A stretch of 64,000 bases of DNA from Rhodothermales bacterium (GTDB lineage: Bacteria > Bacteroidota > Rhodothermia > Rhodothermales > JANQRZ01), in NCBI GenBank assembly GCA_965214485.1, contig CBDCBW010000009.1, forward strand, positions 82,414-146,413, read 5' to 3'. The position numbers and the translations under genes are program-made. The notes under the pieces were generated by a model, which was not told the DNA's origin, did not search any database, and was given only the letters and a program-made list of their open reading frames with translations. Below are positions 21,901 to 29,801 of the stretch, in pieces (positions within the stretch are counted from its first letter, which is position 1; each line of letters starts with the position of its first letter).

Positions 21901-22152
21901 GATCGTTTCTCGCATGGTAAGATGGCGGATGGGGCGGACCGTCCGTGGCGGAGGCGGCGCGTGAGGACGCACCGGTCCCGCGTTCACGGATCGGCCCTGC
22001 GGCACGGTGCAGTCCGGCACCGTGCGACCACGGTCGCGGCGCGCACGGATAGCGTTCCGCGTGCGACCCAGACCGGGCTGATGGCAGACACCCCGCGCCC
22101 GAGCGAGCGGCATCGGTCGATGCCCGGCGGTCGGGTGTGCGGCGGGGCGGTG

Positions 22153-22827
22153 TCAGCTCAGCGTGCGAGGAGGCGGCACCTCGACAGGAGGGGCCGTGGC
22201 GAAGAGCGCCGCCGCCGGAGAAGCCGCGTCCCCGTCTCGGACCGGCGGCGGCGGGAGAGCAGCGCCTGCGAAGAGGCAGTGCTTGTCGAGCGCGAGGGTC
22301 GGCAGGGCGGGTGCGCCCTGCTCGTGGTCCTCTTTGCTCCCGTGGACGTGGACCTGCCCGTCGTGCTCGTGCGGGGTGCGAGGCCGAGCGCCGGCCCGCC
22401 GAGCGTCGTGTGGCGGTTTGGTACGAGCGGCAGCGGCTTCCGGCTCGTCCTCCGCGTGGCCCTCGTCTTTCGCGTGGTGATGGGGATCGCCCCCGTGCAC
22501 GTGCCGATGCGCCGAGGCACTAGGCTGCTTCGCTGCGGCAGGTGCGCCACCGGCAAGTGCGGCAACGGCAGGAGCCGGGGTCGGCCCTGCCGGAGGAAGA
22601 TCAGCGACCGCGGCCGGAGGTGCTACGATGACCGTGACCGGAGGTGCTTCGATCCTGGGCCCCTCGCCGTGGTGCTCGCTCAGCAGGTGAACCAGCAGGT
22701 GCCACCCCTGCCCGGCGGACGAGCCCCCCAGCACGAGCGCGTATCCCACCAGCACGAGCACGGCCAGCGCCCGCCGGACGGGCGAGGGCTGCGCGCAGCG
22801 GCTGTACGTGCGTCGTCGCGTTCTCAT
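22153..22827 (-). CDS. Putative membrane-anchored Pro/Ala- and His-rich protein
   Basis: From ATG 22827: a basic N-terminus, one TM (ALAVLVLVGYALVLGG), HLLSEHH, a P/A linker, and His clusters HRHVHGGDPHHHAKDEGHAEDE and HEHDGQVHVHGSKEDHEQ. No family recognised. The coding call rests on position and strand. Confidence 0.45.
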   Translation of the reverse strand: MRTRRRTYSRCAQPSPVRRALAVLVLVGYALVLGGSSAGQGWHLLVHLLSEHHGEGPRIEAPPVTVIVAPPAAVADLPPAGPTPAPAVAALAGGAPAAAKQPSASAHRHVHGGDPHHHAKDEGHAEDEPEAAAARTKPPHDARRAGARPRTPHEHDGQVHVHGSKEDHEQGAPALPTLALDKHCLFAGAALPPPPVRDGDAASPAAALFATAPPVEVPPPRTLS

Positions 22828-22856
22828 CGTCCGCACCGGGCCGGTGCTCAGCAGGC

Positions 22857-23222
22857 TCACGCGGTGGCGGGCGACCGGTAGTCGGTCGACCGGTAGTCGG
22901 TGAGCGCCCACACGATCAGGATGAGCACGCCCATGCCGAGATAGAAGCCCGTCGCCGCGCCCTCGAACAGGAGGAGGGCGACGACGGCCAGCACGCCCCC
23001 GACGACGAGCTCAACCGTCCCGTGCAGCGCAAACGGCACCACCGCCGTGAGGCCGAGCGGGAACGCCGTGAGCACCGTCATCAGCAGATGGACGCCCGCC
23101 AGCAGGTACGACAGCATCGCCGCCAAGCCCGTCAGCCCGAAGAGGGCCGGGGCGAGGAGGAAGACGGTGACCACGACGTAATCGAGCACACCGTGGAGGC
23201 GGGGGGGGATGGGCTTCGTCAT
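22857..23222 (-). CDS. Small 4-TM membrane protein, function unknown
   Basis: 121 aa with four hydrophobic segments. The C-terminus TDYRSTDYRS is encoded by a 15-bp tandem duplication at 22873-22902. Confidence 0.6.
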   Translation of the reverse strand: MTKPIPPRLHGVLDYVVVTVFLLAPALFGLTGLAAMLSYLLAGVHLLMTVLTAFPLGLTAVVPFALHGTVELVVGGVLAVVALLLFEGAATGFYLGMGVLILIVWALTDYRSTDYRSPATA

Positions 23223-23258
23223 GGCGGAAAGGTGTGGGGAAGAAAGGCGGGCGGTTTG

Positions 23259-24593
23259 TTAGATCGACGCCGAGCCTTCGAGCGAGGCGAGCTTGGCCCG
23301 CGCCTCGTCCGCCGCCGTCGGGCTTTCGATGCCCAGGTGGCTGCCGAGGGCGAGGCGGAGGTGGCGGGCGGCCTCGGCGGCGTTGCCCGCACCGTCGTAG
23401 ATCAGCCCCGCGCGGAAGTGCACCATCGCGTCGCCGGTGCCGAGGCGCATCGCGCGCTCGACGTAGGGGACCGCCTCGGCGGAGCGGCCGTTGTGGTGGA
23501 GCGCCCAGGCGTAGGTCTCGTTGGCGTGTAGGTGCCCGGGCCTGCGCTCGACCTGCCGCCGCGCCATCTCGAGCGCGCGCTCGACCTCGATCCCGTGGTC
23601 GAGCATCAGGTCGGCCTCTTCCATCTCGACGATCTCGCCCATCGCGCGGGCGTCGGCCAGCCCCTCGCGCACTTTCTCGATGGCGGCGGCGGCGCGGCGC
23701 TCGTCGCCCTTCACCGCGTAGGCCTCGGCGAGGAGTTCCTGCGCCAGGTCGAGCGGGGCCATGCCGTAGGCCGTCTCGAGCCGGCGGATCGCCTCGTCGG
23801 TCTCGCCCTTGACGAGGGCGACGTGGCCCAGCCCGGCGACGGCGCGGGCGTAGTCGGGCCGCTCCTCGAGGAGGCCGTTGAAGAGGTACGCGGCGGTGTC
23901 GGGCTTGGCGTCGGCGAGGTAGAGGTTCGCGAGCTGGTAAACGGCCCACGCGCGGTCGGCCTGCCCGTAGGCCCCCGCGTCGACGGCGAGGCGCATCGCC
24001 TCGATCGCGCCCTCGGTGTCGCCGTGCAGCTCGCGGAGGTATGACGCGCGGGCGTAGGCCGAGAGGCTCGGCTTGATCGCGTTCATCGTGTCGGCGGCGG
24101 CGACGGCGGCGTCGTACTCGCCGAGCTCGACGAGCGCGTCGGTCAGCAGGCCGTAGGGGAAGGCGTGCTCGGGGTAGCGCTCGACGAGGCGCTCGGCGAG
24201 GGCGCGGGCGTCCTCGAAGCGGTGGAGCGTGTTGAGCAGCGACGCCTGCATCAGGAGGGCGTGGTAGTGGTCGGGCTCCCGGCGCAGGGCCTCGGCGAGG
24301 GCCTCCTCGGCCTGGGGGACGTACTCGGTCTCGCGGCCCGTCGCGCGGGCCTGCTGGAGCAGCACCTGCGCCAGCGCCACCCGGCTCTCGACGTCGTCCG
24401 GGTCGCGGCGGAGCCGCTCGCGGTAGTACTCGATCGACGCCTCGGCGTTGATGAACTCGGAGGCGGGGAGCACCTGCTGCGGCCCCTCGGGCAGCGGGGC
24501 GCGGTTCTGCTGGGCCTTCCAGAGGGCGACCCCGGCGAACCCGGCGGCGGCCACGAGGGCGAGGACGAGGGCGAGGCGGAGGGGAGACTGCAT
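23259..24593 (-). CDS. Membrane-anchored TPR repeat protein (444 aa)
   Basis: N-terminal hydrophobic segment LALVLALVAAAGFAGVALW followed by repeated TPR-like helical pairs throughout. Confidence 0.8.
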   Translation of the reverse strand: MQSPLRLALVLALVAAAGFAGVALWKAQQNRAPLPEGPQQVLPASEFINAEASIEYYRERLRRDPDDVESRVALAQVLLQQARATGRETEYVPQAEEALAEALRREPDHYHALLMQASLLNTLHRFEDARALAERLVERYPEHAFPYGLLTDALVELGEYDAAVAAADTMNAIKPSLSAYARASYLRELHGDTEGAIEAMRLAVDAGAYGQADRAWAVYQLANLYLADAKPDTAAYLFNGLLEERPDYARAVAGLGHVALVKGETDEAIRRLETAYGMAPLDLAQELLAEAYAVKGDERRAAAAIEKVREGLADARAMGEIVEMEEADLMLDHGIEVERALEMARRQVERRPGHLHANETYAWALHHNGRSAEAVPYVERAMRLGTGDAMVHFRAGLIYDGAGNAAEAARHLRLALGSHLGIESPTAADEARAKLASLEGSASI

Positions 24594-24640
24594 GGCGGCG
24601 TAGCTGAAAAGAGAATGGGGAGTCGATTAAGGTAAACGAA

Positions 24641-24678
24641 CCGCCGGTCGCAGGCCCGGGTGGGACGGCAACCGGCGG
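24641..24678 (-). terminator. Stem-loop downstream of DUF4331 paralog 1
   Basis: ccgccggt (24641-48) pairs with accggcgg (24671-78). It overlaps the 24-mer shared with the paralog 2 3' flank. No U-tract. Confidence 0.4.
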
Positions 24679-24722
24679 CTCGTCAGCCCCCGCGTAGAGC
24701 GAGAAGAGCGGTCAGGGACATG

Positions 24723-26939
24723 CTACCGGATGAGCGCCGCCTTCCTGGTCGAGACCGTGCGGCCGTCGAGGGAGAGGCGGTAGAAGTACGTCCCGCTGGC
24801 GAGGCCGCGGGCGTCCCACTCGGCGGTGTGCGTGCCCGACGTCCGGGCCTCGCTGACGAGGGTGCTCACCAAGCGGCCCTGGATGTCGAACACCTCGAGC
24901 CGCACGTCACCGGCCTCGGCGACGTGGTACTCGACGGTCGTCGACGCGCCGAACGGGTTGGGGTAGTTCTGGTCGAGGATGAAGCCCTGCGGCACGCCGA
25001 GGCCGAGCCCCTCTTCGCTGCTCACGACGAAGGCGTTCGGCTCCATCGCCGTCAGCTGCTTCACGTAGCTGTAGCCGTTGTGCGGGGTGGCGAGGTAGGG
25101 GAAGGCCTCGTTGTCGAGGGCGAGGTCGTTCTTGGTCGGCCCGGCGACGAAGTTGAGCGCGCTGACGAAGTTCGGCGAGAGGAGGTCGGAGTAGTCCCCG
25201 GCCGTCGCGCCGTCGTAGGGCAGGCCCACCGCCGCGAGGACGATGCCGCCGACGGCCTGGAAGGCGATCGTCGTCACGTCGTCCTCGAGCCGCCGCCCGT
25301 TCGGGAAGCCGTCCATGTGCGGGATGAACTCGAGGTCGGTGCTCTGGTTGAACGGAGCCGCCGTCAGGCCGATGGCCGCCGCGCGGACGAGGCCGAGGCG
25401 GGCGAAGTCCGAGAACTCCTGCGAGCCGCGGTCGGTGACCGGGACGGCCATGTTCAGGCGGAGCATGTCGCCGCCGTAGAGGTCGCCGGTGGCGGTCTGC
25501 GTGACCGGGAGGAAGTTGTTGACGAACGGCTTGCCGTCGGAGAGCGGGCCGGCGGTCTTGCCGGTGGCGAGCTGGTACGGGTTGAGGTTCGGCACGCCGA
25601 AGTAGAAGATCGGCAGGAGGTCCGCGCGGCGCGGCTCGCCGTCGCCCGCGAGGGCCGACGGGCTGCCGGTGCCGGCGGGCCGGAGCGGCACGGCGAACGC
25701 CGTCCCCGAAAGGTCCACGCCGGCCTCGACCAAGTCGAAGACGCCGTCGGCCCCGTTGGTGAAGTCGAAGCCGGCGCTGCCGTCGCCGTCGGGGTCGCCG
25801 ATGGCGGGGTACGAGTTCATCGGGACGACGAGGTCCTCGCTGAGCGCGGGCACGGCGGCGGCGAACTGCCCGTTGCCCATGTAGATCGCGAGCTCGGGGT
25901 TGACGAAGTACTCGGCGAAGTCCTGCTCTTCGGCGTCGTAGGGCGTCGTGGCGTTCCACCGGTCCTTGTCGCCGATCGGGATGACGGCCTCGTTGGTCAG
26001 CGGCATCCCGAGGCGCGAGACCTGAATCCAGGGTCCGGTGTACGTCGGCGTGCCGCCTGTGGCCGAGAGCGTCTTGACCTGCTGGCGGCTGGCCGAGGCC
26101 CACACGCCGATGACATAGCTCGGGTCGAGGATGCTCTCGGCGTCGTCCACGCCCTGCCCGTCTTTCTGGAGGCTGGAGATCGGAATCTCCATCACGATGG
26201 AGTGCGTGTTGAACCCGGCCACGGCGTCGCGGGCGTTGCCCTCGTCCTCCGGGTCCTCGCCGAACTCCTTGCGGACGCCGCCGAGGTCGAAGACGCCGCC
26301 GAGGTCCACGAAGAACGGATCGTCGCGCGGCCCGGCGAAGACGCGCTCGCCGGAGGAGGCCGTGGTGATGGCGCTCTGGACGAGGGCGTCGTAGCTCGTC
26401 ATCAGCCCGGCATCGCCCTCGATGGAGCGCGGCCCGATGTTGTTCGGCGGGACGATGCCGTTGGTGACGACCGTCTGGAACCCCCCGGTGCCGACCCGCT
26501 TCTCCATCGTGTAGGTCGCCTTCAGGTTCTCGTCGCCGAGCAGGATGTTGAAGAACGTCGAGGGCCGCTCGTTCTCGAGGGCGAACGTGAAGCGGTAGGT
26601 GATGTCGTCCATCGCCGTGCCGAGCGCGCCGAGCGAGGTCTGGTTCTTGACGTGGATCTCGTAGCGGACGCCCGGGCCGAAGGTGTTGTAGTTCGGACCG
26701 CCTTCGGGCAGCTCGAGCGGGATGTAGTTGGCGACGATGACGACGTTGTCGTCGTTGCTCGGTGAGCGGTAGGCGTAGACGTCGGTGTTGTCGGCGAGCG
26801 GGTCGGCGGCGATGAGCGGGGCCTCGCGGTGGCTCGAGGCGTCGCTGAGCTGCGGCGCGGCGAGGCCGAGCGCGAGGAAGCCTGCGGTGGCCGCCACGAG
26901 GGCGAACGCGGAGAGGCGAGAGCGTGTAGCTGCGGACAT
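24723..26939 (-). CDS. DUF4331 domain protein with T9SS C-terminal sorting domain (paralog 1)
   Basis: Signal peptide, then SSHREAPLIAADPLADNTDVYAY, the characteristic DUF4331 N-terminus. C-terminus YPNPFGASTTVEY...GTYFYRLSLDGRTVSTRKAALIR is a Por/T9SS type A CTD. Confidence 0.88.
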   Translation of the reverse strand: MSAATRSRLSAFALVAATAGFLALGLAAPQLSDASSHREAPLIAADPLADNTDVYAYRSPSNDDNVVIVANYIPLELPEGGPNYNTFGPGVRYEIHVKNQTSLGALGTAMDDITYRFTFALENERPSTFFNILLGDENLKATYTMEKRVGTGGFQTVVTNGIVPPNNIGPRSIEGDAGLMTSYDALVQSAITTASSGERVFAGPRDDPFFVDLGGVFDLGGVRKEFGEDPEDEGNARDAVAGFNTHSIVMEIPISSLQKDGQGVDDAESILDPSYVIGVWASASRQQVKTLSATGGTPTYTGPWIQVSRLGMPLTNEAVIPIGDKDRWNATTPYDAEEQDFAEYFVNPELAIYMGNGQFAAAVPALSEDLVVPMNSYPAIGDPDGDGSAGFDFTNGADGVFDLVEAGVDLSGTAFAVPLRPAGTGSPSALAGDGEPRRADLLPIFYFGVPNLNPYQLATGKTAGPLSDGKPFVNNFLPVTQTATGDLYGGDMLRLNMAVPVTDRGSQEFSDFARLGLVRAAAIGLTAAPFNQSTDLEFIPHMDGFPNGRRLEDDVTTIAFQAVGGIVLAAVGLPYDGATAGDYSDLLSPNFVSALNFVAGPTKNDLALDNEAFPYLATPHNGYSYVKQLTAMEPNAFVVSSEEGLGLGVPQGFILDQNYPNPFGASTTVEYHVAEAGDVRLEVFDIQGRLVSTLVSEARTSGTHTAEWDARGLASGTYFYRLSLDGRTVSTRKAALIR

Positions 26940-27261
26940 AGGGGTAGGGATGCGTCTGAGGTGTGAGAGCGGCGGGAGCGTCCGCTTCGTGGAGCCCCGG
27001 GCCGAGCGCCTGACTGGTCAGCAGCGCAGCACACGAGGCGAGAGACTGACTATCTCGGCATCGGCGAGGCTGGTTAAACTCTTAAGCGGATGGTCTCTTT
27101 TTTTTGACGCGGCGTCGAGGAATAGAAAATAGGCAGCTAAAAGAGTAAAGAACATCCGTCCGCATCGCCAGACCAATCCGTGCTCACTCTCAGGCCAGCT
27201 CCTAGCCGGGACCGTGCTCCCAGCCCCGGAGCTCCCCGCCGAGGGGTCGCCGCCGCACGAA

Positions 27262-27310
27262 ACGAGCCGCCGGCTCGCTGATCCGGGGGAATCAGGAACC
27301 GGCGGCTCGT
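27262..27310 (-). terminator. Nested stem-loop downstream of DUF4331 paralog 2
   Basis: acgagccgccgg (27262-73) pairs with ccggcggctcgt (27299-310). An inner ctgat/atcag stem lies at 27278-27295. No U-tract. Confidence 0.5.
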
Positions 27311-27351
27311 CAGCCCCCGCAGTCAGGAGGGAGGAGACTGCGAGGAGAGGG

Positions 27352-29589
27352 TTAGCGGACGAGGGTCGCCTTCTTGGTCGAGACCGTGCGGCCGTCGACC
27401 GCGAGGCGGTAGAAGTACGTCCCGCTGGCGAGGCGGCTGGCGTCCCACTCGACCGCGTGCGTGCCCTCGCTGCGCTGCTCGCTCACGAGCGTCTTGACGA
27501 GCTGGCCCTGGATGTCGAACACCTCGAGCTGCACCGTGCCGGGCCGGGAGACCTGGTACTCGACGGTCGTCGAGGCCCCGAAGGGATTGGGGTAGTTCTG
27601 GTCGAGGAGGAACGCCTCCGGCACGCCCACGCCGAGCGAGCGCCCGGCGGTGTCGAGCCCGAAGGCTTCCGCCGCGCTGCGGCCCGGCCCGTCGGCGGTC
27701 ACGTCGCGGACGTAGTCGTAGCCGCGGTGCGGGTTGGCGAGGTACGGGAAGTCGGTCCGCAGCGGGATGTCGTTCTTGACCGGCCCGCCGATGAAGCCTA
27801 GCTCGGCGAGGGCCAGCGGCGAGACGATGTCCGAGTAGTCCCCGGCGGTCGCGTCGTTCTCCGGCAGGCCCACAGCCGTCAGCACGATCGAGCCGACGGC
27901 CTGGAGCGCGATGCCCGTCACGTCGTCCTCGAGCCGGCGTCCGTTCGGGAAGCCGTCCATGTGCGGGATGAACTGGAGCGCCTCGCTCTGGTTGTAGGCC
28001 GGCGCGCCGGCCCCGAGCACGGCCGCCGCGAGGAGGCCCTTCGGCGCGAGCGTCGCGAAGCCCTGGCTCGTGCGCGGTGTCGGCGGGACGGCCATGTTGA
28101 GGCGGAGCATGTCGCCGCCCCACAGGCCGCCGTCGGCGGTCTGGGTGATCGGGAGGAAGTTGTTGACGAACGGCTTGCCGGTCGAGAGCGGGCCGGCGTC
28201 CTTCCCGACGACGAGCTGGTACGGGATGAGGTTCGGCACGCCGAAGTAGAAGATCGGCAGGATGTCCGCGCGGCGCGGCTCGCCCCGGCCCGCGAGCGCC
28301 GACGGGCTGTCGGTGCCGGCGGGCTTGAGCGGCACGGCGAAGGCCGTCCCCGAGAGGTCTACGCCGGCCTCGACGAGGTCGAAGACGCCGTCGGCCCCGT
28401 TGTTGAAGTTGAAGCCGACGCTGCCGTCGCCGTCCACGTCGCCGATGGCGGGGTAGGAGTTGGTCGGGATCGTCAGCTCGTTGCTCAGGTTGGGGACCGC
28501 CGGGCCGAAGGTCCCGTTGCCCATGTAGAGCGCGAGCTCGGGGTTGGCGAAGTACCGGACGAAGTTCTGCTCGTCGGCGTCGTAGGGCGACGTGGCGTTC
28601 CACTTGTCCTTGAAGCCGACCGGGATGATGACTTCGTTAGTCAGCGGCATCCCGAGGCGCGAGACCTGGACGAAGGGGCCGTTCGTCACGTAGCGCCCGC
28701 TCTGCGGCGAGAAGGTGCGGACGCGCGGGCGGCTGGCCGAGGCCCACACGCCGATCACGAAGTTGCCGTCGAGGATGTTCTCGGCCTGGTCCGGCCCGAG
28801 GCCGTCCTTCTGGAGGTCCTCGATGGGCACGCGCAGCACGATCGAGTGCGTGTTGAAGCCGGCCACCTCGTCCCGGATGCAGTCCGGGTTGGCGTCGTCC
28901 TCGCAGAAGGTGTCGCGCAGGTTGCCGACGTCGAACGTCGCGCCGAGGTCGACGAAGAAGGGGTCGTCACGCGGGCCGACGAAGACGGTCTCGCCGGTCG
29001 AGGCCGTGCGGATGGCCTGCTGCGTGAGCTGCTCGTAGGTCGTGCCGAGGCCGAGGACCGGGTCCTGGATCGAGCGCGGGCCGACGTTCGGCGGCGGCAC
29101 GAAGCCGTCCTCGATGACGGTCTGGAAGGGGCCGCCGCCGACGCTCTTCTCCATCGTGTACCTCGCCTTGACGTTCTCCTGGCCGAGGCGGATTTTGAAG
29201 AAGGTCCCCTGCCCGTCCTCGTGGTTGATCCGGAACGTGAAGCGGTAGGTGATGTCGTCCTTCGCCGTGCCGAGCGCGCCGAGCGAGGTCTGGTTCTTGA
29301 CGTGGATCTCGTAGCGAATCTGCCAGCCGAACTGGTGGTAGTTCGGGCCGCCGGACGGCAGCTCGAGCGGGATGTAGTTGGCGACGAGCACCACGTCGTC
29401 CGGGCTGTTCGGGTCGCGGAAGGCGTAGACGTCGGTGTTGTCGGCGAGCGGGTCGGTGGCGATCACCGGGGCCTCGCGGTGGCTCGACGCGTCGCTGAGC
29501 TGCGGCGCGGCGAGGCCGACGGCCAGGAAGCCGACGATGGCGGCCACGAGGCCGAACGTCGATAAGCGGGAGCGGGTGGCTGCAGACAT
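27352..29589 (-). CDS. DUF4331 domain protein with T9SS C-terminal sorting domain (paralog 2)
   Basis: N-terminus nearly identical to paralog 1 (MSAATRSRLS...SSHREAPVIATDPLADNTDVYAF). C-terminal YPNPFGASTTVEYQV...GTYFYRLAVDGRTVSTKKATLVR. Confidence 0.88.
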   Translation of the reverse strand: MSAATRSRLSTFGLVAAIVGFLAVGLAAPQLSDASSHREAPVIATDPLADNTDVYAFRDPNSPDDVVLVANYIPLELPSGGPNYHQFGWQIRYEIHVKNQTSLGALGTAKDDITYRFTFRINHEDGQGTFFKIRLGQENVKARYTMEKSVGGGPFQTVIEDGFVPPPNVGPRSIQDPVLGLGTTYEQLTQQAIRTASTGETVFVGPRDDPFFVDLGATFDVGNLRDTFCEDDANPDCIRDEVAGFNTHSIVLRVPIEDLQKDGLGPDQAENILDGNFVIGVWASASRPRVRTFSPQSGRYVTNGPFVQVSRLGMPLTNEVIIPVGFKDKWNATSPYDADEQNFVRYFANPELALYMGNGTFGPAVPNLSNELTIPTNSYPAIGDVDGDGSVGFNFNNGADGVFDLVEAGVDLSGTAFAVPLKPAGTDSPSALAGRGEPRRADILPIFYFGVPNLIPYQLVVGKDAGPLSTGKPFVNNFLPITQTADGGLWGGDMLRLNMAVPPTPRTSQGFATLAPKGLLAAAVLGAGAPAYNQSEALQFIPHMDGFPNGRRLEDDVTGIALQAVGSIVLTAVGLPENDATAGDYSDIVSPLALAELGFIGGPVKNDIPLRTDFPYLANPHRGYDYVRDVTADGPGRSAAEAFGLDTAGRSLGVGVPEAFLLDQNYPNPFGASTTVEYQVSRPGTVQLEVFDIQGQLVKTLVSEQRSEGTHAVEWDASRLASGTYFYRLAVDGRTVSTKKATLVR

Positions 29590-29748
29590 AAGGGGGTCCG
29601 GAAGGAGTGAAGGGAGGGAAAGCGACCGGCTACATCCCGAGTTGGATCGCTAAGGTTCAAAAAAGACAAGCCCCACCGATTCCGCAAGATCAATCGGTGC
29701 TCACCTTGTGCTCACCCCACCCGCACCGCCGAACCCCCACGAAAGGCT

Positions 29749-29780
29749 GCGCCCCGGCCCGCCGAAGCAGACCGGGGCGC
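29749..29780 (-). terminator. GC-rich stem-loop downstream of the peroxidase gene
   Basis: gcgccccgg (29749-57) pairs with ccggggcgc (29772-80), with a 14-nt loop. Confidence 0.5.
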
Positions 29781-29801
29781 GAAGCCGAGCCGCGGAGCCG
29801 C

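Noticed and set aside
21901-22152. Cobalamin (B12) riboswitch upstream of the TonB receptor / HupE cluster
   Set aside because: I transcribed the minus strand and could not find the conserved elements (GGGAA, GCCACUG, ACUGU, or a B12 box like AGCCAGGAGACCUGCC). Only generic GC hairpins are present.
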